Source: a virus (taxonomy: Duplodnaviria; Caudoviricetes). Taken from it: a stretch of DNA of 64,000 nt. The DNA is taken from positions 30,959-94,958 of IMG/VR virus record IMGVR_UViG_3300021082_000020; one strand, 5' to 3'. The position numbers were made by a program, and so were the translations under genes. The notes under the pieces are model-generated. The model did no database searches and was not told the DNA's origin. It saw only the letters and a program-made list of their open reading frames with translations. Shown here one piece after another: positions 1 through 7,752 of this stretch. Numbering within the stretch: position 1 is the first letter of the stretch; each line of letters begins with the position of its first letter.

Positions 1-112
1 CAAAGTGCTCTTCTTCGAACAGCCGCTCGCTGACCCAGAACGGCTCGACGTAGTGCTCGTCGACGCGGGGATAGGCTTTGGCGCCGGCGGTGTGGGTCCA
101 CGGCTGGCTCAT
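1..112 (-). CDS. 5' part of DNA methyltransferase-like gene (truncated by window edge)
   Basis: MSQPWTHTAG start, homologous to 45975..46541. Confidence 0.8.
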   Translation of the reverse strand, partial: MSQPWTHTAGAKAYPRVDEHYVEPFWVSERLFEEEHF

Positions 113-321
113 CGCACGTCCTCGTTCCACTTCCACTTACCCTTGACCCAGTGGCCGTTGACCGGATCCTCACACTCGACGGCGCGGACTTCGCGTGCCG
201 AGGTCCAACGTTGTTCCAGGTCACGGGCGTAAGCCATTGCTTCGGCTTCGGTTTCGCAGCGCACCGCGTTGTCGTACCACTTCGGGTCGTTGTGGACGCG
301 CACCTCCGGTTTCCAGGCCAT
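109..321 (-). CDS. Conserved phage hypothetical protein (70 aa)
   Basis: 69/70 aa identical to 46538..46750 despite many synonymous changes. Confidence 0.85.
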   Translation of the reverse strand: MAWKPEVRVHNDPKWYDNAVRCETEAEAMAYARDLEQRWTSAREVRAVECEDPVNGHWVKGKWKWNEDVR

Positions 322-617
322 CAGGCGCTCCCCTGGACGTCGTCCAGCAGTGCTGCCGCGTTGCGCGTCATCTCTTCGTCCACGTCCTTGAACATCTGGT
401 TCATCACTGCGGACAGCTCGGCCATACCGATCTTGGCCGCCTGGTCGATGCTCATGAACGACTGCGCGGCGCCCATGAAGTAAGCTGACCGCATGGCGCT
501 GATCTGGTCTTCACCGGATCCGGCTTCGCGCAGGCTGCCGGCGAACGCGGTCCATCCCGCTTTCAACGTTAGGTCCGGGTCCAGTTCACCTTTGATAACT
601 TTGAAGATTTCAGCCAT
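321..617 (-). CDS. Hypothetical protein (YxGAA motif)
   Basis: Homologue at 46750..47040; translationally coupled. Confidence 0.75.
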   Translation of the reverse strand: MAEIFKVIKGELDPDLTLKAGWTAFAGSLREAGSGEDQISAMRSAYFMGAAQSFMSIDQAAKIGMAELSAVMNQMFKDVDEEMTRNAAALLDDVQGSA

Positions 618-1002
618 CGGCTTTCTCCAGCTGTTTGGCGCCGAGATCGGCGGCTAGCTCGTTCAATGCCGCGGTGGTTGGCGTCGGCGCCCGGTCCAGC
701 TCGTTGACACTGGCGACAAAATCCTCGGCCCGGCGTGTCAGCAATCCGATATTAGCCATTTGCGTGGTCAGTTCGATCAGCATCTTATGTAGCCGCAGCG
801 ATTCGTGGCGGTAGCGATCGCGTTCTTCGACCATCATCTGCACCCGGTCATGCTCGCGGTTTAAATCAATACGCATCTGGCTGATGGTGTTCTGGGCGTT
901 GATCAGGTCTTCGTGCATCTGCGTGACCTTGGCCAGCGCAGCCACGCGGTGGTCGTTCTCGACGTCGGGCAGCGGACGTGTCTGTTGCCGAGGTGCGTTC
1001 AT
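610..1002 (-). CDS. Coiled-coil hypothetical protein
   Basis: Start MNAPRQ chosen by comparison with 47033..47431. Confidence 0.75.
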   Translation of the reverse strand: MNAPRQQTRPLPDVENDHRVAALAKVTQMHEDLINAQNTISQMRIDLNREHDRVQMMVEERDRYRHESLRLHKMLIELTTQMANIGLLTRRAEDFVASVNELDRAPTPTTAALNELAADLGAKQLEKADG

Positions 1003-1027
1003 GGTTTTCGCCTTTCTGTTGTGAAGC

Positions 1028-1058
1028 TGCTGCGCCGGGTAGATCACCCGGCGCAGCA
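1028..1058. other. 13-bp perfect hairpin downstream of cro-like gene
   Basis: TGCTGCGCCGGGT-agatc-ACCCGGCGCAGCA; related stem at 47465-47493. Confidence 0.7.
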
Positions 1059-1072
1059 TGACCGCGGACGCA

Positions 1073-1303
1073 TTACCTTTTCGCAGCCTTTTTCGGAGCT
1101 GTTCGCATAGGCCATAGATGGTCAGGTGCATCGTGGCCGATCTCTTTCAGTTCATCTTTGAGTAGCCGGTAAGTGTCTGCTGGGAATTGCTTTCCCGCTC
1201 GCCAGTTGTAGACGCCGTTCTCCGAAGTTCCGGTTAGCTCGGCCATCGCCTCGATGCCGCCGAGCGCGTCGATGATTTCAGATGTCGTTCGTAAGGTCGT
1301 CAT
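1073..1303 (-). CDS. Cro-like HTH transcriptional regulator
   Basis: IIDALGG..AMAELTG.S.NGVYNWR HTH pattern; conserved in copy 2. Confidence 0.8.
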   Translation of the reverse strand: MTTLRTTSEIIDALGGIEAMAELTGTSENGVYNWRAGKQFPADTYRLLKDELKEIGHDAPDHLWPMRTAPKKAAKR

Positions 1304-1320
1304 ATGGAATCAGTCCTATC

Positions 1321-1371
1321 TCAACATTTTTGAGGGTGCAAGCTTGTATCTCAAAATAGTTGAATTATAGT
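1321..1371. promoter_or_regulatory. Divergent promoters with two TCAA-N5-TTGA operator boxes (1321-1333, 1351-1363)
   Basis: Both palindromes and their 30-bp spacing conserved at 47756/47786; rightward TTGTAT-16-TATAGT. Confidence 0.7.
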
Positions 1372-1379
1372 CGGGTACA

Positions 1380-1574
1380 ATGGCCGACCCGGAAACCCAG
1401 CTGCGCGAGCTGATGATGGAGGATGCGAAGGTCTATCGCATCCGCAATCAGATCGCGGAGAAGACCGATCCGCAGGCCAATAAAAATAAAGCGTACAGGT
1501 CGAAGGCGAAGGCTAAGAAGGCTGTTAATGTTGAACCTGTCGACGAACACCCAACAGAGGAACCACCCCAATGA
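1380..1574 (+). CDS. Small basic hypothetical protein
   Basis: Homologue at 47815..47991; ATGA overlap with next gene. Confidence 0.7.
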   Translation: MADPETQLRELMMEDAKVYRIRNQIAEKTDPQANKNKAYRSKAKAKKAVNVEPVDEHPTEEPPQ

Positions 1575-2356
1575 ATAAATTGCTTGGCACCGCGTTCGCG
1601 GTGTCTCTCGCTACATTTGCACTGGCGCTGCCGGCGCAGGCTGCCACCCGTATCCTCGGCGGCCAGACTTGGACGATCGGCGGCACTGACCTGACACTCG
1701 GCGGCGTCCCGGCCGGCAATCAACCGCAGAACGCGCCCTGCGTCATCTGCGGCGCGAACCAACCAAACCAAACCAACGTCGACCAGAATTTTGGTTATAC
1801 GGACTATGGCAACCAGGGGAATTTAACCTCTGAGACTTACTTTTCGTCCGGTATTCTCAGGGACACGGTGCTTGGTGCCGATACCATCTCGGCGGTCAAC
1901 TACAGCGGCACACAGTTGATCAACCTGATCACTGCGTTGGGTGGCCAGCAGACGTTCAGCATCGGCATCGATCTGAACCAGGCTAGTGGGCAGGGGCCGC
2001 AGACGCTGGAGAGCTTCTTCTTCCTCGACCTGACCAGCAAGACGGTCCTGGCGTCGTTCCTGCCGGACATTAATGACGGCATTGCGCTCAATAGCATCAA
2101 CAATGGCACGGGCTTTCCCGACTACCTATTAAACGGCCTGACCACTGCCGGGTTGGATCCCAACCATCAGTATGCGTTCTTTGCCCGCATGACCAACATC
2201 AATGACGGCCCTGACAGCTTCTTCATTGTGCCGGGTACTCAGGTGGCGGCGGTGCCGCTGCCGGCGGTCGGCGCCGGACTGCCCGCCCTGATCGCGGGGA
2301 TGTTTGGCTTGGTTGGGCTGCATCGCCGTCGGAAGCAGCGGTTGTTGTCGGCTTGA
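1571..2356 (+). CDS. PEP-CTERM/VPLPA-CTERM type exosortase-substrate surface protein
   Basis: N-terminal signal peptide (..ALPAQA); C-terminal VPLPA + hydrophobic helix + HRRRK. Confidence 0.85.
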   Translation: MNKLLGTAFAVSLATFALALPAQAATRILGGQTWTIGGTDLTLGGVPAGNQPQNAPCVICGANQPNQTNVDQNFGYTDYGNQGNLTSETYFSSGILRDTVLGADTISAVNYSGTQLINLITALGGQQTFSIGIDLNQASGQGPQTLESFFFLDLTSKTVLASFLPDINDGIALNSINNGTGFPDYLLNGLTTAGLDPNHQYAFFARMTNINDGPDSFFIVPGTQVAAVPLPAVGAGLPALIAGMFGLVGLHRRRKQRLLSA

Positions 2357-2363
2357 CCTTGCT

Positions 2364-2400
2364 GGCTCCGGCGGCGTGCATGTGAAGCGTCGCCGGGGTC
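2364..2400. terminator. GC-rich stem-loop after the CTERM gene
   Basis: GGCTCCGGCGGCG...CGTCGCCGGGGTC; conserved at 48682-48718. Confidence 0.55.
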
Positions 2401-2440
2401 GAGCTTCAAAAATGCAAAAAAATTTTGGGCGGTCTAAACG

Positions 2441-2596
2441 ATGCTGTGGGTTTTGCTAATAGGATCGGTCTGGGCGATCACCGGCTACCCGAGCAAAGAG
2501 GCGTGCCTCGAGGCATCGCGGACATCCAACTTCAGCTACGTCACATGGTGCGTGCCGATGCAGAGCACCGGCACAGTGGTGTCTGGTCACCGTTAA
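2441..2596 (+). CDS. 51-aa small protein, hydrophobic N-terminus, two Cys (not in ORF track)
   Basis: MLWVLLIGSVWAITGYPSKEACLEASRTSNFSYVTWCVPMQSTGTVVSGHR; same length and frame at 48758..48913. Confidence 0.75.
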   Translation: MLWVLLIGSVWAITGYPSKEACLEASRTSNFSYVTWCVPMQSTGTVVSGHR

Positions 2597-5500
2597 TTAC
2601 CAACCGCCAGTACTGCCCATCGGCATCGAGAATCCGCCACCACCCATATCGAAGCCACCGCCGCCACCCCAGTCGAGGCCGGCGCCGATGTTGCCGCCAC
2701 CCCAACCCCAGCCACCGAGAACCTGCGGTGAGATCGGTGACAACCCGCCGACCATGCCGCCGGACGCGGCTGTCTGATTGAGCAACGGACTCGAGTAGGT
2801 GCTGTTCTCAATGGGCGGCAGCACACCCGCCAAGGCTATGCTGCCGCCCTGGCTGCCGGGCGCGCCCGGTGCCACCGCGCCGGTCGGGATCGAACTTAAT
2901 CCCGGCGGCGCAAGAGACAGCCCGCCGGCGGTACCACCGGCGGGCGTGGCGGGCTGCGCCGGAAGCACCGGCTGGGCATCAGCCGGTGGTGGGCTCGGAT
3001 CCGGCGCAACCCGGCTTCCTTCATCGTTGTAGACATCGGTCAGGGCTTGGGCGATCTCCGGCGTCATCACCAGTTGCGGAGTTTGCGACGGTTCTGCGTA
3101 GCGCGCGTTCTTGCCGGTTGGCACACCCGGATCGGCGTCGATGTTGGTGTGTTGTTTAATGTCGTAGAAACCGGCGTCGTTAGCGAGGGCGTCTGTCCGG
3201 CCAAGCTTAGAACGATTTTGTCCGCCTTTTCTCTTGTATGGATCGCCCATATACGGATCGGATTCGGATTCAACATACATTCTGCGGTCATGAATGTTTG
3301 TCGACTCTGGCATCCGCGATGTGTCGATCGGTTTGAACGATCCGAGATGCTCGATAAATCCTGTGTTCTCTCGGTTGATGTATTCGGCCATTGCAGGATC
3401 GACATCAGGCAATGCGACAGCGCCACCTGAAGACGAGAAGTTCTGCGCCGGCAGTTCTGGCGCGTCGACCGCGGCGGTTGCGCCAGGTTTCTGGTCAGCA
3501 GCCGGTGTAACCTCCTCAGTGACGGCCGCTCCGGCGGCCGCCGCGGTCGGCTCTGGTGCCAGCCGCTTGCTGGCGCTGAAGTCGGTGGCACCCGAGGTGC
3601 CGAGGTCGAGGTCGCTGCGCTTGCCGACTGCCGCCGGCTTCGGCGCGCCCTCCTTCACCGCGGCGTCAAACTGCTGCTGGGTGATGCCCATCTTCGGCAG
3701 GTAGGGTTGCACGCCGGCGGCGATCTGGCTGCCGATGAACGGCGTGTTCATTGCCTCACGCAAGGTCTTGTTGCCGATGAAGTCCGGCACTTGACTGACC
3801 TTGCTCGGATCCCCCCGCTTGACCAGCTCGATCACCTTGGTGTCGAGCAGCGCGTGTGCCGGGTTGACCGCGGGAGCGGCTGGCGGCGCCGGCTTGGCGA
3901 CCGGCGGCGGCGCAGGGGGCGCGGCTGCCGGAGGTTTGACCGGCGCCGCTGCTGCCGCAGCCGGGGTAGTAGGGGTAGGCACTACGGCCGCGGGAGGTGG
4001 AGCTTGGGCTGCTGGTGTCGCTGCCGGTTCTTCCGGCAGCAATGTTTCCGGTTCGGTCGCCGCGATTGCGGCAGCACCCGGCGGCGCACTTGGCGTGGGT
4101 GCCGCCGCCGGAGCCGCAGCCGGCGCAGGCTTCGCTTCAGCTTGCGGGGGCTGGGCGGGAGCCTGTGCCGGAGCTGTTTTTGGTGTCGCTGCTGGATCCT
4201 GTTTGCCGCCCCAGTCCTGGGCCGCGGTCGTTCCGGCGTTTGGATTCTTGTAATAGTTCGGATTGTCGAACGCCTGCGCTTCCTGGCCGCGGCGAATGGT
4301 CAGGCCGTGCAACGGCTTCTTGGCGCCGGATGCGTCGGTGACCTTGTCGTACTGGACGAAGATCTCTTTAGCCTGCTTCCAGTCGCCGGCCTTCACCGCG
4401 GCAGCCAGGCCGGTGTTGTTCAAGGCGGCGCCGCCGGTGTTGAAGCCGAGCGAGGCGAGCGAGTTGCGGATCGCCGGCGGGGTGTTGGGGTTGAGCGCAT
4501 CGATCGTTGCCAGGTGCCGGCTCAGTTCGGCGTTCATCTCAGCCCTGGCGGTCGGCTCGTCGATGCTGGTGCGGCCCTTGGCGGCGGTGCCGTAGCCGAT
4601 GTTGGTGGTGCCATAGTCGGCGAACGACTTCGGCGTGAAGTTCTCCTTCTTGGCCACCCACTCGGTCAGCTCCGGCGGCACGCCAGCGGCGTGCGGGCCT
4701 GTCGCGGATGTAGCGGATGTAGCGGATGCCGGGTTGGAGAACGATTGCCCTTTATAGCCAGGATTGATCTGGACGTGCGGCGCGTCACCCTTGACCGGGA
4801 AGTGGACGCCAAACTTGTCCTGGTTGCCGGCGTTCAACCACTGCCGGAACGGGCTGTCGGGCAGGTCGCCGGCGCTACCCTTCTGGTGCTGCGAGTGGCC
4901 GGCCTTGGCGGCGATGCCGCCGGTGCCGGCCTCGTACTTGTCGCGGTAGATCTGCTGCACGTCGGCGCCGCGGGAGAACTCGCCGTACTGCGCCCGCTTG
5001 CCGGGGTTCTCCTTCTCGAACGCCTCGCCAGCGGCACGCAGCCGGGCGGCCAGTTCGGGATCAATCCCCTGGTAGCTGCCGGCCGCGGTCAGCGGCGCGT
5101 CGACGATCTTGCCGTCCTTCAACACACTGTGGTGACCGCCACGCTCCTGTAAGAACTTGAGATCGGCTTGGTAGGTCGGGCCTTCGGCCGATCGCTCGAC
5201 CGGCGCCCTGAGCCTGGCGCGGTTGGCGCCCGGCCCAGGCGGCCGCTCCGGCATGGCCGGCGGTGTCGGCGGCTTCACCTGCTGCTGTGCCTGCAGCTTC
5301 TGCTGCAGGGCCTTGTCCTTGGCGGCGCCGAAGCCGCCCGAGATCGTTTCACCGATGCTATCGTCACTCTGCATCGGCCGCTGCAGCGACGAGGTGACCT
5401 GGCCGACCAGCGGCTGCACCTGCAGCGGCTTGGTTTCGTCGACGTGGATGTCTTTCGCGCTCGGCCCCTTGAGTATGCGCTCGAGGAATTGGGTCATCTG

Positions 5501-5653
5501 GCTGGGCTGTGTGCCGGGTGGCACCACACCCAGGTTGACGCCGAGCGCGTGCAGCGCACGCGAAGTATCATCGCCGAGCAGCGGCTGCTTGCCGGCGATC
5601 ATCGTCTGCTTGCTCTTCTCGCGCTCGAGCGCCTGTTCGTCCATGTAGGCCAT
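2597..5653 (-). CDS. Large internal virion protein with peptidase M15-like and GH24 lysozyme-like domains
   Basis: SxHxxGxAxD...DAPHVQ motif; E..F....D...T.IGYG and GL..RR..E..F lysozyme motifs; Pro/Ala linkers. Confidence 0.75.
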   Translation of the reverse strand: MAYMDEQALEREKSKQTMIAGKQPLLGDDTSRALHALGVNLGVVPPGTQPSQMTQFLERILKGPSAKDIHVDETKPLQVQPLVGQVTSSLQRPMQSDDSIGETISGGFGAAKDKALQQKLQAQQQVKPPTPPAMPERPPGPGANRARLRAPVERSAEGPTYQADLKFLQERGGHHSVLKDGKIVDAPLTAAGSYQGIDPELAARLRAAGEAFEKENPGKRAQYGEFSRGADVQQIYRDKYEAGTGGIAAKAGHSQHQKGSAGDLPDSPFRQWLNAGNQDKFGVHFPVKGDAPHVQINPGYKGQSFSNPASATSATSATGPHAAGVPPELTEWVAKKENFTPKSFADYGTTNIGYGTAAKGRTSIDEPTARAEMNAELSRHLATIDALNPNTPPAIRNSLASLGFNTGGAALNNTGLAAAVKAGDWKQAKEIFVQYDKVTDASGAKKPLHGLTIRRGQEAQAFDNPNYYKNPNAGTTAAQDWGGKQDPAATPKTAPAQAPAQPPQAEAKPAPAAAPAAAPTPSAPPGAAAIAATEPETLLPEEPAATPAAQAPPPAAVVPTPTTPAAAAAAPVKPPAAAPPAPPPVAKPAPPAAPAVNPAHALLDTKVIELVKRGDPSKVSQVPDFIGNKTLREAMNTPFIGSQIAAGVQPYLPKMGITQQQFDAAVKEGAPKPAAVGKRSDLDLGTSGATDFSASKRLAPEPTAAAAGAAVTEEVTPAADQKPGATAAVDAPELPAQNFSSSGGAVALPDVDPAMAEYINRENTGFIEHLGSFKPIDTSRMPESTNIHDRRMYVESESDPYMGDPYKRKGGQNRSKLGRTDALANDAGFYDIKQHTNIDADPGVPTGKNARYAEPSQTPQLVMTPEIAQALTDVYNDEGSRVAPDPSPPPADAQPVLPAQPATPAGGTAGGLSLAPPGLSSIPTGAVAPGAPGSQGGSIALAGVLPPIENSTYSSPLLNQTAASGGMVGGLSPISPQVLGGWGWGGGNIGAGLDWGGGGGFDMGGGGFSMPMGSTGGW
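4704..4728. repeat. 9-bp tandem repeat (GCGGATGTA x~3) encoding Ser-Ala-Thr linker
   Basis: Direct reading; four units at 51241-51276 in copy 2. Confidence 0.85.
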
Positions 5654-7752
5654 TAGCGTCGTGGCCCCGCTAGTGGTGGTCCGCCCGGCCCGGATGCCGC
5701 CGCTGAGGCGGCGGTGATTGCTGCTGCCAGGTCAGCGATGGTGTAATCGCGCTGGAAGGGCTGGCCCTCCAGTGCATTGAGCGCGGTCGGCGACTGCATC
5801 ATCCGGCCGCCGATCGCCCGCCGGATCGGCCCGAGCGAGTAGCCGGCGATCCGTCCGGCGGTGTTGCCGCCGGGTACGCCGGTCACGGCGCTGACCGCGC
5901 TGCCGATCTGGCCGCCGACCTCGCCGGCAGTCAAACCGCCGACGACGCCTTGACTGAGATTGCCCATGGTCTGGCCAAGCCCTCCTTGTCTGGTGGGTTG
6001 GTTCAGTGCCTGGGCGATCAGTGCCAGGCGGTCGACCCGGTCGCGCTGCGGGCCTGCTATCACATCCAGCGATTCGTCCGCTATGCCCCGGACCCGGGTG
6101 GCAAGCTGCCGCGGCCCCGGCGCGCCCTGGTTCGGGCTGTTGATAGTCTGGTTGCCGAGCAGGCGCAGGTAGTCACCGAAAGTCTGGTCGAGCGGCGACG
6201 GCCCCTGCCCGCGTGCGACCGGCTGGCTGGTGGCTTCCAGCATGCGCAGCCGGGTCGGATCCTGCTCACCCTGCTTGAGGTAGTTGTAGCCGGACGCGGC
6301 ATTGGTACCGGCCCGCTCGGCTACGCCGGTGAGCTGCTCATGCGGTCCGCCCTCACCCATCGCGGCGGCGTAGCGTTCCTGGGTGCGATCGAACACGGCC
6401 GGCGGCACGCCCTGATTGACCGCGGTGCCGCGCATCTCGCGGGTAGCAGCGGCTTCGACATCGCCGGCGTAGCGGCTCGGGATCGGATCCATACCTTCGC
6501 CGGCGATCCGGGTGCCGCTGCGGAAGTCGCGCAATTGATTGTAGGTGCCACTGGTATCGAGGATGGCGCCGGTGACCGGGTCGCGTGGGAACCGCGCCTC
6601 GATCGCGTTGGCGCGGGTCTCCAGCGGCCGGGCGGTGATCGGATCGGTCTGACCTGCAGCCTGGCGCAGCGCGTCCAGCACCGGCTGCCAGTCGGCCACG
6701 GCGCCCGGCCCGACCGTCTGTGCCAGGGCTTCCTGCGGCGCCGCCACCCGGGTCCGCAGGTCGTCGGCGTTGGTCCTGGCGATGTCGCCTACCGCGGCGC
6801 CGATGTCGGCCGGCGCCGGCGTCGGATTGACCGAGCCTCTGGCGTCGGCCATGTCGTCCCAGGCGGCGCCGGTCTGGTCGCGGGCATTCATGCGGCGGTT
6901 CTGGGTGAAGGTAGACGCGCCGAAACGGTTGGCGTTGGCATTCTCCCGCATCCGTATGGTGTCGTTGCCGAGCGCGCTGGCCGGTAGTTGGACGCCCTCG
7001 ACCCGCGCCGCCTGCGCAATCTGCGGTGCTTCCGGCCGGCCCATGCCGCGGTACTTCCAGTCGATGTAGCTGCGCGGCGCCTGGCCGGCGGCACTGGCGC
7101 CACCGCCGCCGAGGATCGCGCCGAATAGCGCGCTGGTCTCCGGGTCGACGCCGGCCGTCCGGCCGACCTTCTCGCCGATGTCGGCGCCATAGTGCGAGCC
7201 GACTGTCGGCGCCACTGTGGTAGTGCCGAGCCGGGTCAATGCGGCGCGCACCGCCGCCAGCGCGTTCGGCGCCGCGGCCACGCCGCGGGCGATCGCCGAC
7301 GCGCCGCCGCCGAGCAGGGCGCTGGCGCCGCCTTCGAGCAGTTGCCGGATCGTGCTGGCATCGGCCGGCAGTGGCTCGGCGCCGACCGCGTTCAGCGCCA
7401 TCGGCCCGAGGTAGGGGATCTTGGTCTCGGGAAAGATCCCGGCCCGGGATCCGGCATTGCCGACGGCGATCGCCAGGTCGGGTATGCCGGTCAGCGCGCC
7501 GCCGCCGATCCGCGCGGCGGTGTTGTAGGCGGAATAGGGATCGCTCGGCGTGGCTGGAGCTGCGGCCGGTGCCGGAGCGGGTGTCGGCTCCGCAGTCGGT
7601 GCCGATGCCGCGGTGCCGGCCGGCGGCGCTGGCGCGGCGCCGTCCCGCAGCTGCTTGTATTGATCGGTCTTGGCCTGGAACTCAGGCGTGCCTTTCAGGT
7701 GCTGATTCTCGGTGGCCCACTGCACCAGGCTTTCCAGGGTGTCGGCCATCAC
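5653..7752 (-). CDS. Putative internal virion/DNA ejection protein
   Basis: Ala/Gly-rich 699 aa; position in podoviral core-protein cluster; homologue 52204..54330. Confidence 0.65.
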   Translation of the reverse strand: MMADTLESLVQWATENQHLKGTPEFQAKTDQYKQLRDGAAPAPPAGTAASAPTAEPTPAPAPAAAPATPSDPYSAYNTAARIGGGALTGIPDLAIAVGNAGSRAGIFPETKIPYLGPMALNAVGAEPLPADASTIRQLLEGGASALLGGGASAIARGVAAAPNALAAVRAALTRLGTTTVAPTVGSHYGADIGEKVGRTAGVDPETSALFGAILGGGGASAAGQAPRSYIDWKYRGMGRPEAPQIAQAARVEGVQLPASALGNDTIRMRENANANRFGASTFTQNRRMNARDQTGAAWDDMADARGSVNPTPAPADIGAAVGDIARTNADDLRTRVAAPQEALAQTVGPGAVADWQPVLDALRQAAGQTDPITARPLETRANAIEARFPRDPVTGAILDTSGTYNQLRDFRSGTRIAGEGMDPIPSRYAGDVEAAATREMRGTAVNQGVPPAVFDRTQERYAAAMGEGGPHEQLTGVAERAGTNAASGYNYLKQGEQDPTRLRMLEATSQPVARGQGPSPLDQTFGDYLRLLGNQTINSPNQGAPGPRQLATRVRGIADESLDVIAGPQRDRVDRLALIAQALNQPTRQGGLGQTMGNLSQGVVGGLTAGEVGGQIGSAVSAVTGVPGGNTAGRIAGYSLGPIRRAIGGRMMQSPTALNALEGQPFQRDYTIADLAAAITAASAAASGPGGPPLAGPRR

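Noticed and set aside
2425-2781. ORF-track calls 2425..2781 and 48742..49194 with TTG starts
   Set aside because: Copy comparison supports the 51-aa ORF in another frame and a separate ATG start at 48937
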